A DNA stretch of 63,459 nucleotides, counting the filler, from Thraustochytrium aureum (taxonomy: Eukaryota): assembly GCA_012862495.1 (NCBI GenBank). It is 6 parts of 5 records of this genome, joined end to end, with 100 filler letters (N's around TTAATTAATTAA, not from the genome) between each part and the next. Parts side by side here need not be neighbours in the genome. Positions count along the whole stretch, not along the records: positions 1 to 8,353 come from BLSG01000128.1; positions 8,454 to 33,865 come from BLSG01000128.1; 4 more parts are not named here. One strand, given 5' to 3'. The notes below the pieces were generated by a model. It saw nothing but the letters and a program-made list of their open reading frames with translations. It was not told where the DNA came from and did no database searches. A program made the position numbers and the translations under genes. Shown here in pieces: positions 1-11,535 of the stretch. The first letter of the stretch is position 1. The number at the start of each line of letters is the position of its first letter.

Positions 1-113
1 GCGAAGTCCCTCGCTGTGCCAAACCCGGCAGCGCGTGCAGCAACTGGAACGCGCACGACAAATCCAACGCGCAAGAGGGCCAGTGCCTGCCGCACACAGA
101 CGCGTCCTCGGAT

Positions 114-3100
114 TCAACCGCAAGGCGCGAGACCCACTCCCCAGGCTGCGCGGTCTGCCCAGTTGCTCAGCACGAGCTGCGCTGCTGTCTTGGCCCCGTG
201 TGGGCTCACTTGTAGGGACGAGGCCGGGCCTTGTTGCTGCACCTCGGCGAGCGAACCTTCGAGCGCGGCGCGCATGCCGCGGAGAATGGACGCTTGCTGC
301 GCTGCGCACCCCTGCGCAACGCGCTGCTCGAGCCACGCAAACGTGTGCTCGTGTCCAATGCGCTCCGGTTCCTCGGCTTCGACGACGACAAGTTTTGCGC
401 CTGCACCCTCGCGCTTCAGAGTTGACGTCACGAGCGCGGCAAAAGGACCAAAGAGGTTGTCGCAGGCCTGATGCACGCCAACTTGCCGAGCAATGCCGAG
501 AATCGCATCAGCACACTCTTCTGGAAGCAGCGGGCCGCTGCCCGCTGCGGAAACGAAACAAGCTGGGCAGCACAGTCCGCTAGGTGACCCAGCACCACCG
601 GCTCCCGAAGCGTGGCGCCGTCGCAGAGCTCCAAGCTCGCGGACAGCCCTTGCACAGCATGGTGCGGCGCGACAGCAGGCTGCGCAGCAAGTGCAAACGC
701 ACGGCCGAGCTCTCGCCATGCGTCTTGCGCGGGAAGGGCAGAAAGAGCGCGAAGCGCGGCGCACCTCACCGCGGAAACCTCACCGACTCGCAGAGCCCGG
801 TACACAATGGCGGCTCGAGCCCGGCCAGCAAGTGGCCACGTCGCCCAGTCTGGGCGGCCCGTGAGGAACAGAAGCGGCCCCAAGCAGATCTCGTGAGCGC
901 GGCCACCTGTCTCGCCACTCACAGCGGCGGCCGGCCAATCCGGCGACTCGAGGTTGGCGAGGATCGTTCGCTCCATCGCAACGTCGCCAAAGCGCGGAAT
1001 GACGCTCGGCATCAACCGTTGCACGAGATCTGCCAGGAGAGGCTGCGCACCGTGCCGCGAGACGCAGGTTGCGAGAAGGTTTAGCATCGCTGGCCACTCC
1101 TGGGCTGGCACAGTTGGGATCCACGAGTCTGCCGTCTCGACCAGCCGTCCAGCTCGGCCCTGGCCGTTTTCTTCGAGCTGGTGCGAGCCACGCTTCACAA
1201 GCTCGTTGAGGAACACGACGAAAGTGAGTGCGGGGCGCGGCTGGCCAACGAATACCCTGACCAGGGCGGATGCCGCAGCTGATCGCGACTCGGGCACGAT
1301 GAGGGCTCCTCNNNNNNNNNNNNNNNNNNNNNNNNNNNNNNNNNNNNNNNNNNNNNNNNNNNNNNNNNNNNNNNNNNNNNNNNNNNNNNNNNNNNNNNNN
1401 NNNNNNNNNNNNNNNNNNNNNNNNNNNNNNNNNNNNNNNNNNNNNNNNNNNNNNNNNNNNNNNNNNNNNNNNNNNNNNNNNNNNNNNNNNNNNNNNNNNN
1501 NNNNNNNNNNNNNNNNNNNNNNNNNNNNNNNNNNNNNNNNNNNNNNNNNNNNNNNNNNNNNNNNNNNNNNNNNNNNNNNNNNNNNNNNNNNNNNNNNNNN
1601 NNNNNNNNNNNNNNNNNNNNNNNNNNNNNNNNNNNNNNGGGCGACGATGAGGGCTCCTCGCCAGCGACAAGCCTGAAAAGTGCTGGGAAAACGAAGGCGG
1701 CGTCCATTGACCCGAGCACCTGCGCTGCCGCTGCGCGCTCAGCGTGTCGAGCTCCGTCGCGCAGAAGAGCCTCACATGCCCTCTCGCGGATGGGCACGGC
1801 AAAGTGCTGCGCCGCAAACGTCTTGCGCTTTGTCGGGCCAGGCAGGGCCGCAAGCGCGCTGGCAGTGTACCTAGCAAGTGCGTGGAGCGCCCCGGCACGC
1901 TCGGGTTCCTTGGCACCGCCTGCGGCCAGGCCAAGGAGCGTCGGGACCAAGGCCTGCGGAAACGTGACCGCGGCCCGCCCTAACATGTCGACGCAGAAAT
2001 CGGCCACCGCGTCGTGCGCGTCCCCGAGCTGCAGCACAAGTGGCTCAAACACAGCGAGGACGCGCTCAGTTGAGGCCTGGACAGCGCCGCCGCACGCCGG
2101 CGACCCGATGCGCGTGCCTGCCGGACATATCTCCTTGAGCGCCTCCAGCATGGCGACTGCAACAAGCTTCGCGGCCAAATTCGCTGCCGCAGGCAAAGGG
2201 CGGCGAAGCTGCGACGCGGCAGCAGCTGCGAGGCGCTGGCCGTGCGTCTCCGCAGCGACGGCAAAGTCCGCCGCGCCTAAGCGGCCGAGCAGCAGCGCGA
2301 GTCTGCGCAAGTGGACGCGTGCGACCTGCGCAAGGCACTCGAGCTTGACAGCCTGCTCTTCGACCTCGCCGTCTAGATCCCGGCCAAGCGGAACTTGCTC
2401 AAGCTCGGCCAGAGTCGCGCCGAGCTCGCTCAGAACTGCCTCGAGCGGGTCGCTCTGGCAGGCAACCCCGAGGAGCGGGAGGGACACGCTCGTCCGAACG
2501 GTTGAGCAAAGGGCGAGCAAAGTGGCCAAGGTGGGCTCGTCTCGACGCGCAAAGCTCCCGAGCTGCTCGTGGAGATCACATAGGCCAGACCGGAAAAGGT
2601 CAGCATGAGGGGCGCCTCCAGTGCCGAGGCCGCACCCTGGCGCCAGCCACGCGCCAGCTGCTCAACGTAGTAAACAATGTCCTTGCGCACGGCCCAGATG
2701 GCCAGCAGGTCGCTGTGGCCTGGGGACGCTGGTCCTAGGTCTTTCGGGTCGGTGTCGGCGACCCATGCAGCCATGGCGCACGAGGCTGCAACAGCCAAGT
2801 CGCCAGCTGCAGCACTTTGTGCAGTCGGCCGGCCTCCCGCGGCGGAGTCAGATGCAAGCATGCACGAGACGTGCACGATTTGCGGAATCACCGCTCTCTG
2901 AAAGGCGATTTGCTCTGCAGAGCAAAACGCCGCGCTCGGCTTGCTCGTGGTTCCGCCTCCAAGGGCCATGCGGGGTGCGACTAGGCTGGCCGCGCAGATG
3001 GCAACCGCATGCGCATTGCTCGGGGCAGAGCGCGCTCGGGCGGGGTCCAGCGCGGCCAGCATCGAGCGCGCTATCGAGTCCGGCGCGCGCGTCGCAAGCC

Positions 3101-3419
3101 AGCGGAGCACCTTTCCAGCCAGCTTGGCGAGGCGGCGGTTCTCCTCCGATGCAGTGTTCGTCGCAAAGCAAGCGAGCCGCCCAACAGCGCGTCCACCCTC
3201 CTCCTCGTCCGCGGCCTCCAAGAAGCGGGCAATCGCCACCAGCGCCGTGGCCAGTTGCGACCCTTTGCCCGGTTGACCTTCCGCGCCGCGGCTCGCGTCC
3301 AGCCGGCGCTCCGCCTCGTTGATCGCCCGCCTCACTGCGGCGCCCTTGCTGTCATTCGCAAGCCCTGGCAGCGCCGCAATCGCTTCCCCCAGCCCAACGT
3401 GGCCGCCTCGCGCGGCCAT
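114..3419 (-). CDS. Large ARM/HEAT-repeat-like helical protein. Several frameshifts; the 3' end probably continues beyond the window via an intron near 209
   Basis: Successive Ala/Leu-rich amphipathic ORFs (2430-3671, 1195-2529, 428-1297, 114-764) chain together. Likely ATG at 3419 (MAARGGHV). The flanks of the gap at 1312-1638 overlap and join in frame as EEPSSSPESRSAAASAL. The family assignment rests on composition only. Confidence 0.55.
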
Positions 3420-4596
3420 TGCGGCCTCCAAACCCGCGATCCCACCGATCCGCCGCGCCGCTGCCAACCCGAGCGCTGTCGAGCCAGCCTGCGCGGCGTC
3501 TCCGCCACGGCCTCCCCGGCGCAGGCCCGCCCGCGGCCTGCCTGCGCGACCCTCGCGCGAGAGCTCTCCACTCTCTCGCTCGTTCGGCCTCTGCGCGAGC
3601 GGTGCCTGGGACGCCCAGCCCAACGCGCCAGACCCCCAACGACCAGCAAGCCGCACGACGAGGACCCGCACGCAGCTCGCGGAGGCGAACCTGCTGCCGC
3701 CGCTGGTGCTGGTGCTGGCAAGCGTTCAGTCGCGGGCGGGACGACCGAGCCTGTCCAGGAGCTCGAACAGGAGCTCGAGCTGAAGGTCGAGAAGGAGCTC
3801 GAGAAGGAGCTCGGCCTGGAGCTCGNNNNNNNNNNNNNNNNNNNNNNNNNNNNNNNNNNNNNNNNNNNNNNNNNNNNNNNNNNNNNNNNNNNNNNNNNNN
3901 NNNNNNNNNNNNNNNNNNNNNNNNNNNNNNNNNNNNNNNNNNNNNNNNNNNNNNNNNNNNNNNNNNNNNNNNNNNNNNNNNNNNNNNNNNNNNNNNNNNN
4001 NNNNNNNNNNNNNNNNNNNNNNNNNNNNNNNNNNNNNNNNNNNNNNNNNNNNNNNNNNNNNNNNNNNNNNNNNNNNNNNNNNNNNNNNNNNNNNNNNNNN
4101 NNNNNNNNNNNNNNNNNNNNNNNNNNNNNNNNNNNNNNNNNNNNNNNNNNNNNNNNNNNNNNNNNNNNNNNNNNNNNNNNNNNNNNNNNNNNNNNNNNNN
4201 NNNNNNNNNNNNNNNNNNNNNNNNNNNNNNNNNNNNNNNNNNNNNNNNNNNNNNNNNNNNNNNNNNNNNNNNNNNNNNNNNNNNNNNNNNNNNNNNNNNN
4301 NNNNNNNNNNNNNNNNNNNNNNNNNNNNNNNNNNNNNNNNNNNNNNNNNNNNNNNNNNNNNNNNNNNNNNNNNNNNNNNNNNNNNNNNNNNNNNNNNNNN
4401 NNNNNNNNNNNNNNNNNNNNNNNNNNNNNNNNNNNNNNNNNNNNNNNNNNNNNNNNNNNNNNNNNNNNNNNNNNNNNNNNNNNNNNNNNNNNNNNNNNNN
4501 NNNNNNNNNNNNNNNNNNNNNNNNNNNNNNNNNNNNNNNNNNNNNNNNNNNNNNNNNNNNNNNNNNNNNNNNNNNNNNNNNNNNNNNNNNNNNNNN

Positions 4597-5245
4597 CAGA
4601 CGCTACTGGAATGTGAACCGAGGCGCAAGCTTTGTCGAGGACTGGGGCGGCAACGGGCTGTACGTGAATTGGTGGGAAGCGGACGCTCTTCTGCTGCCTC
4701 CCTCGCCAGGCCTCAAGGAAAAGTGGCACGAGATGATGCGTCCTGTTTTGGAGGAGTGGAGCGGCGTGGCCCTGGAGCCAACCGACCTTTACGGGATTCG
4801 GACCTACCAGCGCGGGGCGCGGCTGCAGAATCATGTGGATCGAGAATCCACGCATGCAGTCTCCGCTATCCTTAATGTGGAGCAGGACCCGGCAATCGAA
4901 GCAGATTGGGAGCTGGAGATCGTCGACGGGGCTGGCACCCTGCAGCGTGTTGTGATGGCAGAAGGCGATGCAGTCCTGTACGAGTCGGCGCGCTGCCTTC
5001 ACGGACGGCCGACTGCGCTGCGCGGCGACTATTTCGCCAACCTGTTTTTCCACTTCCGCCCGAGTGGTGAAAGCGACGAGTGGTTTGAGGAGCACGCCGA
5101 GGACGACGATCCGTGGGACGAAGAGGACGAGCACGAGGACGAGGAGCTCGAACTCGAGTACGACCAAGTTGAGGATGAGGGCGCGGAGGAGGAAGAGGAG
5201 GATGGTGGCGAGCAAGAAATGCACACTGCTCACGACGAGCTCTGA
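4597..5245 (+). CDS. Fe(II)/2-oxoglutarate dioxygenase (prolyl-4-hydroxylase-like), C-terminal part, ER-retained
   Basis: YGIRTY..HVD (HxD motif), distal HGRP, NLFFHFRP; acidic tail ending in HDEL-stop. The N-terminus lies in or before the gap. Confidence 0.8.
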
Positions 5246-5416
5246 CAGGGCCACGAGGTTGGCTCGGGCGTTGCAACCCGAAGAAAGACTCTAGAGAGAG
5301 CAATATTGATGTTTCTTGCTTTTAAAAGTTCTCTTCTTTGATGTCACGTGTGCTGAGCGGGGCGACTCCTCGCTGGTGCTCTCGCTTGGGAGCCGAGGAA
5401 GCCGAGCCAGGCTCGT

Positions 5417-6508
5417 CTAGTTTAGCAGAGCGTTGATGATGGCCTCGTCGAGAGCCAGGACCTGAGCAGGCCGCCAGTGGGCCTTCTCGTCGAGTTGCAA
5501 GGGCACCAGGGCTGCGTCGTCGTCAAAGGCGACCGTTCGAGCGTCGAGGTCGCCTTGAGCCACCCCGGCCACACCTTCGAGAAGGTCCTCGTCTAGTACA
5601 GATGCAAAGTCAAAGTCGAACCAGTCGAAGGTCTCAGAGCTCGCTTGAGGCTTGGTCTCCGCCAGATCTGCGAGGTGATTGCCCGACGACTGGCGCGGCA
5701 TCGGTGAGTGGCTCGGGCCTGCTCCAACGAGGGTCGCCGTTGTCAAAGACGAGGCAGAAAGGCCAGCCTCAGAGTGACGGCGCTTTATCGCAGGTGGCTC
5801 GTCATCGTCGCTGCGGTTGGCGACAGGGGTCTCTCGCGCGCGTCTCTTGCGCAGACTTGAGGAAGAAGATGATGACGACGACGAAGACGACGACGACGAC
5901 GACGACCGCTCGCCGCGCCGCGCCGCTTGCGAGCGCTCGACGCGAAGCGATTCGAGGGTGGCCTTGAGCTTGCACGGCGGACTAGCAACGAGACCTTTGA
6001 CCTTGTTCCGTATTGCGACGACGCCACGCATGCGGGTCGGAAAGCGGAGATTGTAGCGAAACGTGAGCTCGGACCAGAAGGTCTTGTTCAAGAAAGGCCC
6101 AAACGACTTGGCTTTGTTGCTCGTCACGAAGGCGTTGCGATATGAGGTCGCGATTTCGTTGACGATGAATTCGACCTCGTCCGCGAAAAAGGTCTGCTCC
6201 ACGGTCATCGTGGCATGGAGGGCACGAAAGTAAGATTTCCAAAGGCCTGTAGCAGAGTGCTCTGGGAAGGCAGCAGCTATGGTACTGAGCTGGCTGTCGT
6301 TGATTCGAACGCCCAGGAGCGTGTCCGTGGTAAGAATAGCAGTGGCCTTGGCTTGTATACTGTGGCTCGCCTCGTTCAAGAAATGAACCATCGCGTTGGC
6401 TTCGTTCTCTGAGAGGAAGGTGCACTGGTGGATCAAGGTCTGCACGAGGGTGACGAGGACGTGCTCGCACTGTGCTGAGGCGTTTCTGTTGCCTGTCGAG
6501 GCGTCCAT
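5417..6508 (-). CDS. Putative Myb/SANT-like DNA-binding protein with poly-Ser and acidic C-terminus
   Basis: Uninterrupted ORF from ATG 6508. FADEVEFIV...FWSELTFRYNLRFPTRMRGVVAIRNKVKGL fits the Myb/SANT-like (trihelix) pattern. Basic NLS-like RKRRAR and KRRH. Confidence 0.5.
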   Translation of the reverse strand: MDASTGNRNASAQCEHVLVTLVQTLIHQCTFLSENEANAMVHFLNEASHSIQAKATAILTTDTLLGVRINDSQLSTIAAAFPEHSATGLWKSYFRALHATMTVEQTFFADEVEFIVNEIATSYRNAFVTSNKAKSFGPFLNKTFWSELTFRYNLRFPTRMRGVVAIRNKVKGLVASPPCKLKATLESLRVERSQAARRGERSSSSSSSSSSSSSSSSSLRKRRARETPVANRSDDDEPPAIKRRHSEAGLSASSLTTATLVGAGPSHSPMPRQSSGNHLADLAETKPQASSETFDWFDFDFASVLDEDLLEGVAGVAQGDLDARTVAFDDDAALVPLQLDEKAHWRPAQVLALDEAIINALLN

Positions 6509-7422
6509 GCTTGGGGCTTGGGCTTGTAGCTTGCGTTGGGCTTGCGTTGGGCTTGGGCGTTTCGGGTTTGGTCTCCCTGGACTTGCGCAAGATGCGCTGA
6601 CGTGCATGCGCAGCCTCCATAATGCAAGTGCTGTGCAGGCGCCGGCAGCAACGAGAAGCGCGTTTTTGCAAGTGCCGACTGCTCGACACGTTCAAAAACG
6701 CGCCGAGCATTTTGTATTCGTGCAGAGAGGAGACCAGTTTGTATTTGATGGACGCCGTGCGTGTTGCGGTTTGATGTACGCGAGTACGCGCTTCGTATGC
6801 AAGCTGGGGGACCAGAGCGTAGCGCGTGAAGAGCCGGCCAGGCGCCAATGTCCCGGATAGCACATTTGGGTTTTTTGATGGACGCCTGCGAAACGCGCCG
6901 AGCTCGGTTTGGCTATTCTGTTCCATTTCCCCTGGTCAAGCGGCCAGGTTAGCGCGCGTGAAAGGAAGCATGGCCGTGTGGGGGCGCGCCTGGGCGCTTG
7001 TCGCGCGCATGTCGTGTGGGGTGACAAGACTCGGCAATTGCAGAGAGATGAGCTTGGACTGTATTTACTCGGCGTCAGTGATTGACGCCAATGCTGTGTT
7101 TTTCTTGAAGGTCAAGACGATGCTAGGTACTTGGAGTAGGTAGGAGCTTGCGCCTGCACAGCAGCGCCTAGGTGGTACGCAGCAGCGCCTGCACAGCAGC
7201 GCCTCGGTACACGGCGGCGCCTGCGAAGCAGCAGCGGCACAGGACTCGGAAGGGGTGCTGGCGTCAATCAACTTCTTCAGAAAATAGAAAAACAGGAGGT
7301 CAGGTGAAAGTGGGAGAGAAACGATTTTTGTTTTTGACATAAGACCTCCGCGGCACACAAAATGACAGATGGAGGGGCGGGCCGGCGCAAACTCGCCTGC
7401 CCACCATCCGAGTTCCTGCCGC

Positions 7423-8353
7423 TCACATGAATCCGTTCTCCGTGAGGTTGTTCTTGAGGATGATATCCTTGCAGCTCTCCATCACGACCTTGACCTGGTC
7501 CGAGTCGGTGGCGCAGGTAACCTTGACGTAGATCTCGCGCTTGCTGTTGGTGTTGCTGCGCTTGCCGTAATCCTTGTACAAGTTGGTGAGGTAGTCGGTG
7601 GCCAATTTGTAGTAGGCGGCGAATTCTGGTCCAGATGTGGCCGGCGGCAAAGGGCGGCCCAGGGAAGGTCTGGTTGCGGGCCTCGGGGCCCGAGGCGACC
7701 TTGAAGGGGATCGTTTGGATTTTCTTTTCGAAGACGTCGCGCTTGTTGAGGAAGAGGATCATCGACTTGTCCCGGAACCACTTGCTGTCGCACATCTCGG
7801 CGAACAGGTCGAGGGCCTCCTGCTGGCGGTTGGTGTGCTGGTCCTCGTACAGGACCTGGTCGTACTCGCTGATGGCGGCGACGAAGATGACGGCGGTGAC
7901 GTTGTCAAAGCAGTGGATCCACTTTTTGCGCTCGTTGCGCTGGCCACCGACGTCAAACATGGCGACGCGGACGCCGTTGATGTTGTACTCGGCCTCGACG
8001 ATCCCCGAGGTGCGCACGCGGCTGCGGAGAATGTCTTGGTTGTTTGGGAGGAAGCCTGGCTTGGCGATGCGGTCGATGTTGTCCATAAAGTACTCGAGCG
8101 CGTCCTGGACCTGGAAGTTGCTGCGGTGGTTCCAGGTGGCCTGCACGCCCGCGTCGCTCCAGATCTCTTTCAGCTTGTCGCCGAGGCGCTCGTCGATCAC
8201 GGCGCCCTCGTCGAGGCTGGAGATCTCGTCGGCGAGGTCCTTGTCGACGGCCGGGGTGTGGCTGTCGCAGTGCGCCAGGAGGACCTTCATGTTGCTGAGG
8301 ACGTTGGTGTAGACGACTTTGACGCCTGCCTGGATCTCGCTCTGCGTGAAGCC
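7423..8353 (-). CDS. Heterotrimeric G-protein alpha subunit #1 (5' end missing; +1 frameshift near 7650)
   Basis: RVRTSG, DVGGQRNERKKWIHCF, FLNKRD in one frame. TCATD...KDIILKNNLTENGFM-stop follows in the adjacent frame. Confidence 0.95.
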
Positions 8354-8453
8354 NNNNNNNNNNNNNNNNNNNNNNNNNNNNNNNNNNNNNNNNNNNNTTA
8401 ATTAATTAANNNNNNNNNNNNNNNNNNNNNNNNNNNNNNNNNNNNNNNNNNNN
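8354..8453. other. Artificial contig linker N44-TTAATTAATTAA-N44 (12-mer also at 33910-33921, 49638-49649, 55124-55135, 60676-60687)
   Basis: An identical 12-mer with stop codons in all six frames sits centred in N runs five times. Confidence 0.95.
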
Positions 8454-10323
8454 CCTCCTTTCTCGCCTCCTCCCTTCCTCGCATTTTCCCTGCTTCCGCC
8501 CTTCCCTAACAGCAGCTTGAGAGGGGGAGCGCCAATCCATTGGAACGAGGCACGAGTTCGGTGCGAGCGGCGGCTTCGGGCGGCGCTGACTTCCTCGTGT
8601 GCGTGTGTTCGCCCTCCTCTCCGCAGACCGTGCGGCAGGGCACGTTTTCTTTCCTCAGGCTTTTCTCGCTTCAGGTTTTTCGCTCCCGCTCAAGGAGACG
8701 CCTCTCGCGCGCGGCGTTCGTTCGGCTGTGCTCCCTCACGGACAAGGTGGGCTCCTTGTGAGGCAGTCCGGCGCCGGCGCCGAGATATCGCGAGCCGCCT
8801 CACAGTGACGATACGAATGCGGTTGCCATGTTGGAGCGACAGTGCGCTGGCAAACGCAGGCGGCAGCGTGCCTCCTTGGCGTCCGACTGTCAATCACTCC
8901 GACACTCGGGCGTGTTGATTGAAAGAAGGCGACGAGCACCAGCCAGCGGAGAAAGATGTGGCATCGACCGATGGCCCGTTGGGAAGGGCGCGAAGAAAAT
9001 GCAATCTGCACTTGGCGCTGGCGTCTGCGATGTGAGGCGGGGCCAGGAAACTCGCCGAGCGTGTGCACTCGGCGTATGATGAGAGAGTGGACGGCCTGGC
9101 GATCCGCCCAGCCCAAATCTGCCCACCACCGTCTTCTGAAGAATCAGGTATGCAGTTATTGCAGTTCCTACTGACGGCAGAGCTGCGAATGGAGAAGGCC
9201 CACCCACTACTCTACCTACCTACCTACCTACTCTACCGCCAACCTGTGCGAACTGTAGGTACTCTACTTTGCTATTACTCCGACTACCATTCGTTCGTTT
9301 TCTGTCGCCCGAGTTCTTCCGGGTCCGTCCATGTTTGCGCGCTGCAGCCAACAAACAAACACCTCCTGACAGCTGGCGAGTTGCCACTTGCGTGCGTGCG
9401 TGTCATCCTTCGTATAGAGTCCTACCACTTTCTCATTCTCATGACAGTACTCTGNNNNNNNNNNNNNNNNNNNNNNNNNNNNNNNNNNNNNNNNNNNNNN
9501 NNNNNNNNNNNNNNNNNNNNNNNNNNNNNNNNNNNNNNNNNNNNNNNNNNNNNNNNNNNNNNNNNNNNNNNNNNNNNNNNNNNNNNNNNNNNNNNNNNNN
9601 NNNNNNNNNNNNNNNNNNNNNNNNNNNNNNNNNNNNNNNNNNNNNNNNNNNNNNNNNNNNNNNNNNNNNNNNNNNNNNNNNNNNNNNNNNNNNNNNNNNN
9701 NNNNNNNNNNNNNNNNNNNNNNNNNNNNNNNNNNNNNNNNNNNNNNNNNNNNNNNNNNNNNNNNNNNNNNNNNNNNNNNNNNNNNNNNNNNNNNNNNNNN
9801 NNNNNNNNNNNNNNNNNNNNNNNNNNNNNNNNNNNNNNNNNNNNNNNNNNNNNNNNNNNNNNNNNNNNNNNNNNNNNNNNNNNNNNNNNNNNNNNNNNNN
9901 NNNNNNNNNNNNNNNNNNNNNNNNNNNNNNNNNNNNNNNNNNNNNNNNNNNNNNNNNNNNNNNNNNNNNNNNNNNNNNNNNNNNNNNNNNNNNNNNNNNN
10001 NNNNNNNNNNNNNNNNNNNNNNNNNNNNNNNNNNNNNNNNNNNNNNNNNNNNNNNNNNNNNNNNNNNNNNNNNNNNNNNNNNNNNNNNNNNNNNNNNNNN
10101 NNNNNNNNNNNNNNNNNNNNNNNNNNNNNNNNNNNNNNNNNNNNNNNNNNNNNNNNNNNNNNNNNNNNNNNNNNNNNNNNNNNNNNNNNNNNNNNNNNNN
10201 NNNNNNNNNNNNNNNNNNNNNNNNNNNNNNNNNNNNNNNNNNNNNNNNNNNNNNNNNNNNNNNNNNNNNNNNNNNNNNNNNNNNNNNNNNNNNNNNNNNN
10301 NNNNNNNNNNNNNNNNNNNNNNN

Positions 10324-11028
10324 GCGCGTCGCCAGGCGACCCCGAGCCGCTCTGCTCTTGCGCCGCTGCTGGGCCAGTCCCTTGCACCGCGGCGGCAAAA
10401 TAGATCTCCAGCTTGAAAGTCTTCGAGACCGCGTCCCAGCCGCTCGACAGGAGCGGCTTGTCGAGTGGGCGGTTGGGGATGCGAAACCCCACCGTCTCGT
10501 ACGGCTCGCCAGCAAAGAGAATGTACTGGTACTTTGGGTCGCGCGGGCCGACGCGCTGCTCGAACGCACTCATGATACGGAAGCGCGGCTGCACGTCGCG
10601 CTCTATGTCGGGAAAGACGAGCTCAAAGACGAGCCCGCGCTGCCCCGTCTCCTCGTCTTCGGTTTTGAGCACCTTGTAACCGGGCGCCCAATTTTTATCG
10701 TCTTCTTGATCGTGACCTTTTGGCGCAGCTGGCTGGCCTCGCTGCTGCCTGTGTCGCGCGCGTCGCGCGCGGCACGGCGCGCCAGGTTGGTCTGGTGCCG
10801 GCGCCCCTGCGTGTGAGCCAAATAGTTGCCCTCGGTCGAGTGGTGCGTCACGCACAGCTTGCACTCGTATGTGCCGAGGTGGTTGCGCATAAAGTAGGGG
10901 TCTTTGTTCAGGTCGATCGTCTCCATGGCCAGCTTGCGCAGCCGCTCGCGCCTGCCGAGGGCATCCTGCTGCCCCGAGAGCAGCCCGCCCGCCCCGGGCT
11001 TGGACCCGCCGCGATTCTGCCGGTCCAT
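10324..11028 (-). CDS. SF3A2: Splicing factor 3A subunit 2 (SAP62/Prp11); frameshift near 10683; 3' end runs into the gap
   Basis: MDRQNRGGSKPGAGG..RRERLRKLAMETIDLNKDPYFMRNHLGTYECKLC..H (U1C-type zinc finger), then KIGRP/GYKV, PRFRIMSAFEQ, YQYILFAGEPYETVGF. Confidence 0.97.
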
Positions 11029-11535
11029 CTTGCCAGCGCGAGCCTCAGCTCGTCACAGCCAGCCCCCCCACCGAACGAGCGACCCCTGAGCAGCCCCGGG
11101 CGCCCCTCCGCGCCAAGCGCTTTTGCCCGCGGTGCCAGCAACGGGCGGCCTGCCAGGCTCTCGCTACAACTGAAGCAGTCGGCTCTGGCTGGCGCTCGGA
11201 AGGAAGTGAGGGCCTGCACGACGTGTTCTTTTGCTCGCCGCCGCTCATGGCATGACAACAACTGCGCGAATAGGCACGGACGCGTCGTCGAGCTCATCTG
11301 CAAGAAGGACCGCACCGCTAAGTAGTTGAGAACTCGGCCGGTAGTGGAGAACTCGACCGAGCAAAGCTCTGCCTACGTTTTCAAGTTCAACTTGCGCAGG
11401 CCGGCGAGGAGAAAAGGGGGACGAAACGAGGGATTTTGATGGTAAAAGCAACGTGCCATGCAGAGAGAGACGCCTGCGGCTGGTTGTATATGGCTGATCT
11501 TGCCGGTTGACGTTGTGGCAGCAGCGGGAAAAGGG

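Noticed and set aside
3009..4616. Very long ORFs spanning N gaps in the ORF track
   Set aside because: Their length is an artefact of translating through Ns.
8398..8409. Recurrent palindromic TTAATTAATTAA motif as a biological site
   Set aside because: It is always centred in N runs totalling 100 nt; this is a standard all-frame-stop contig linker.
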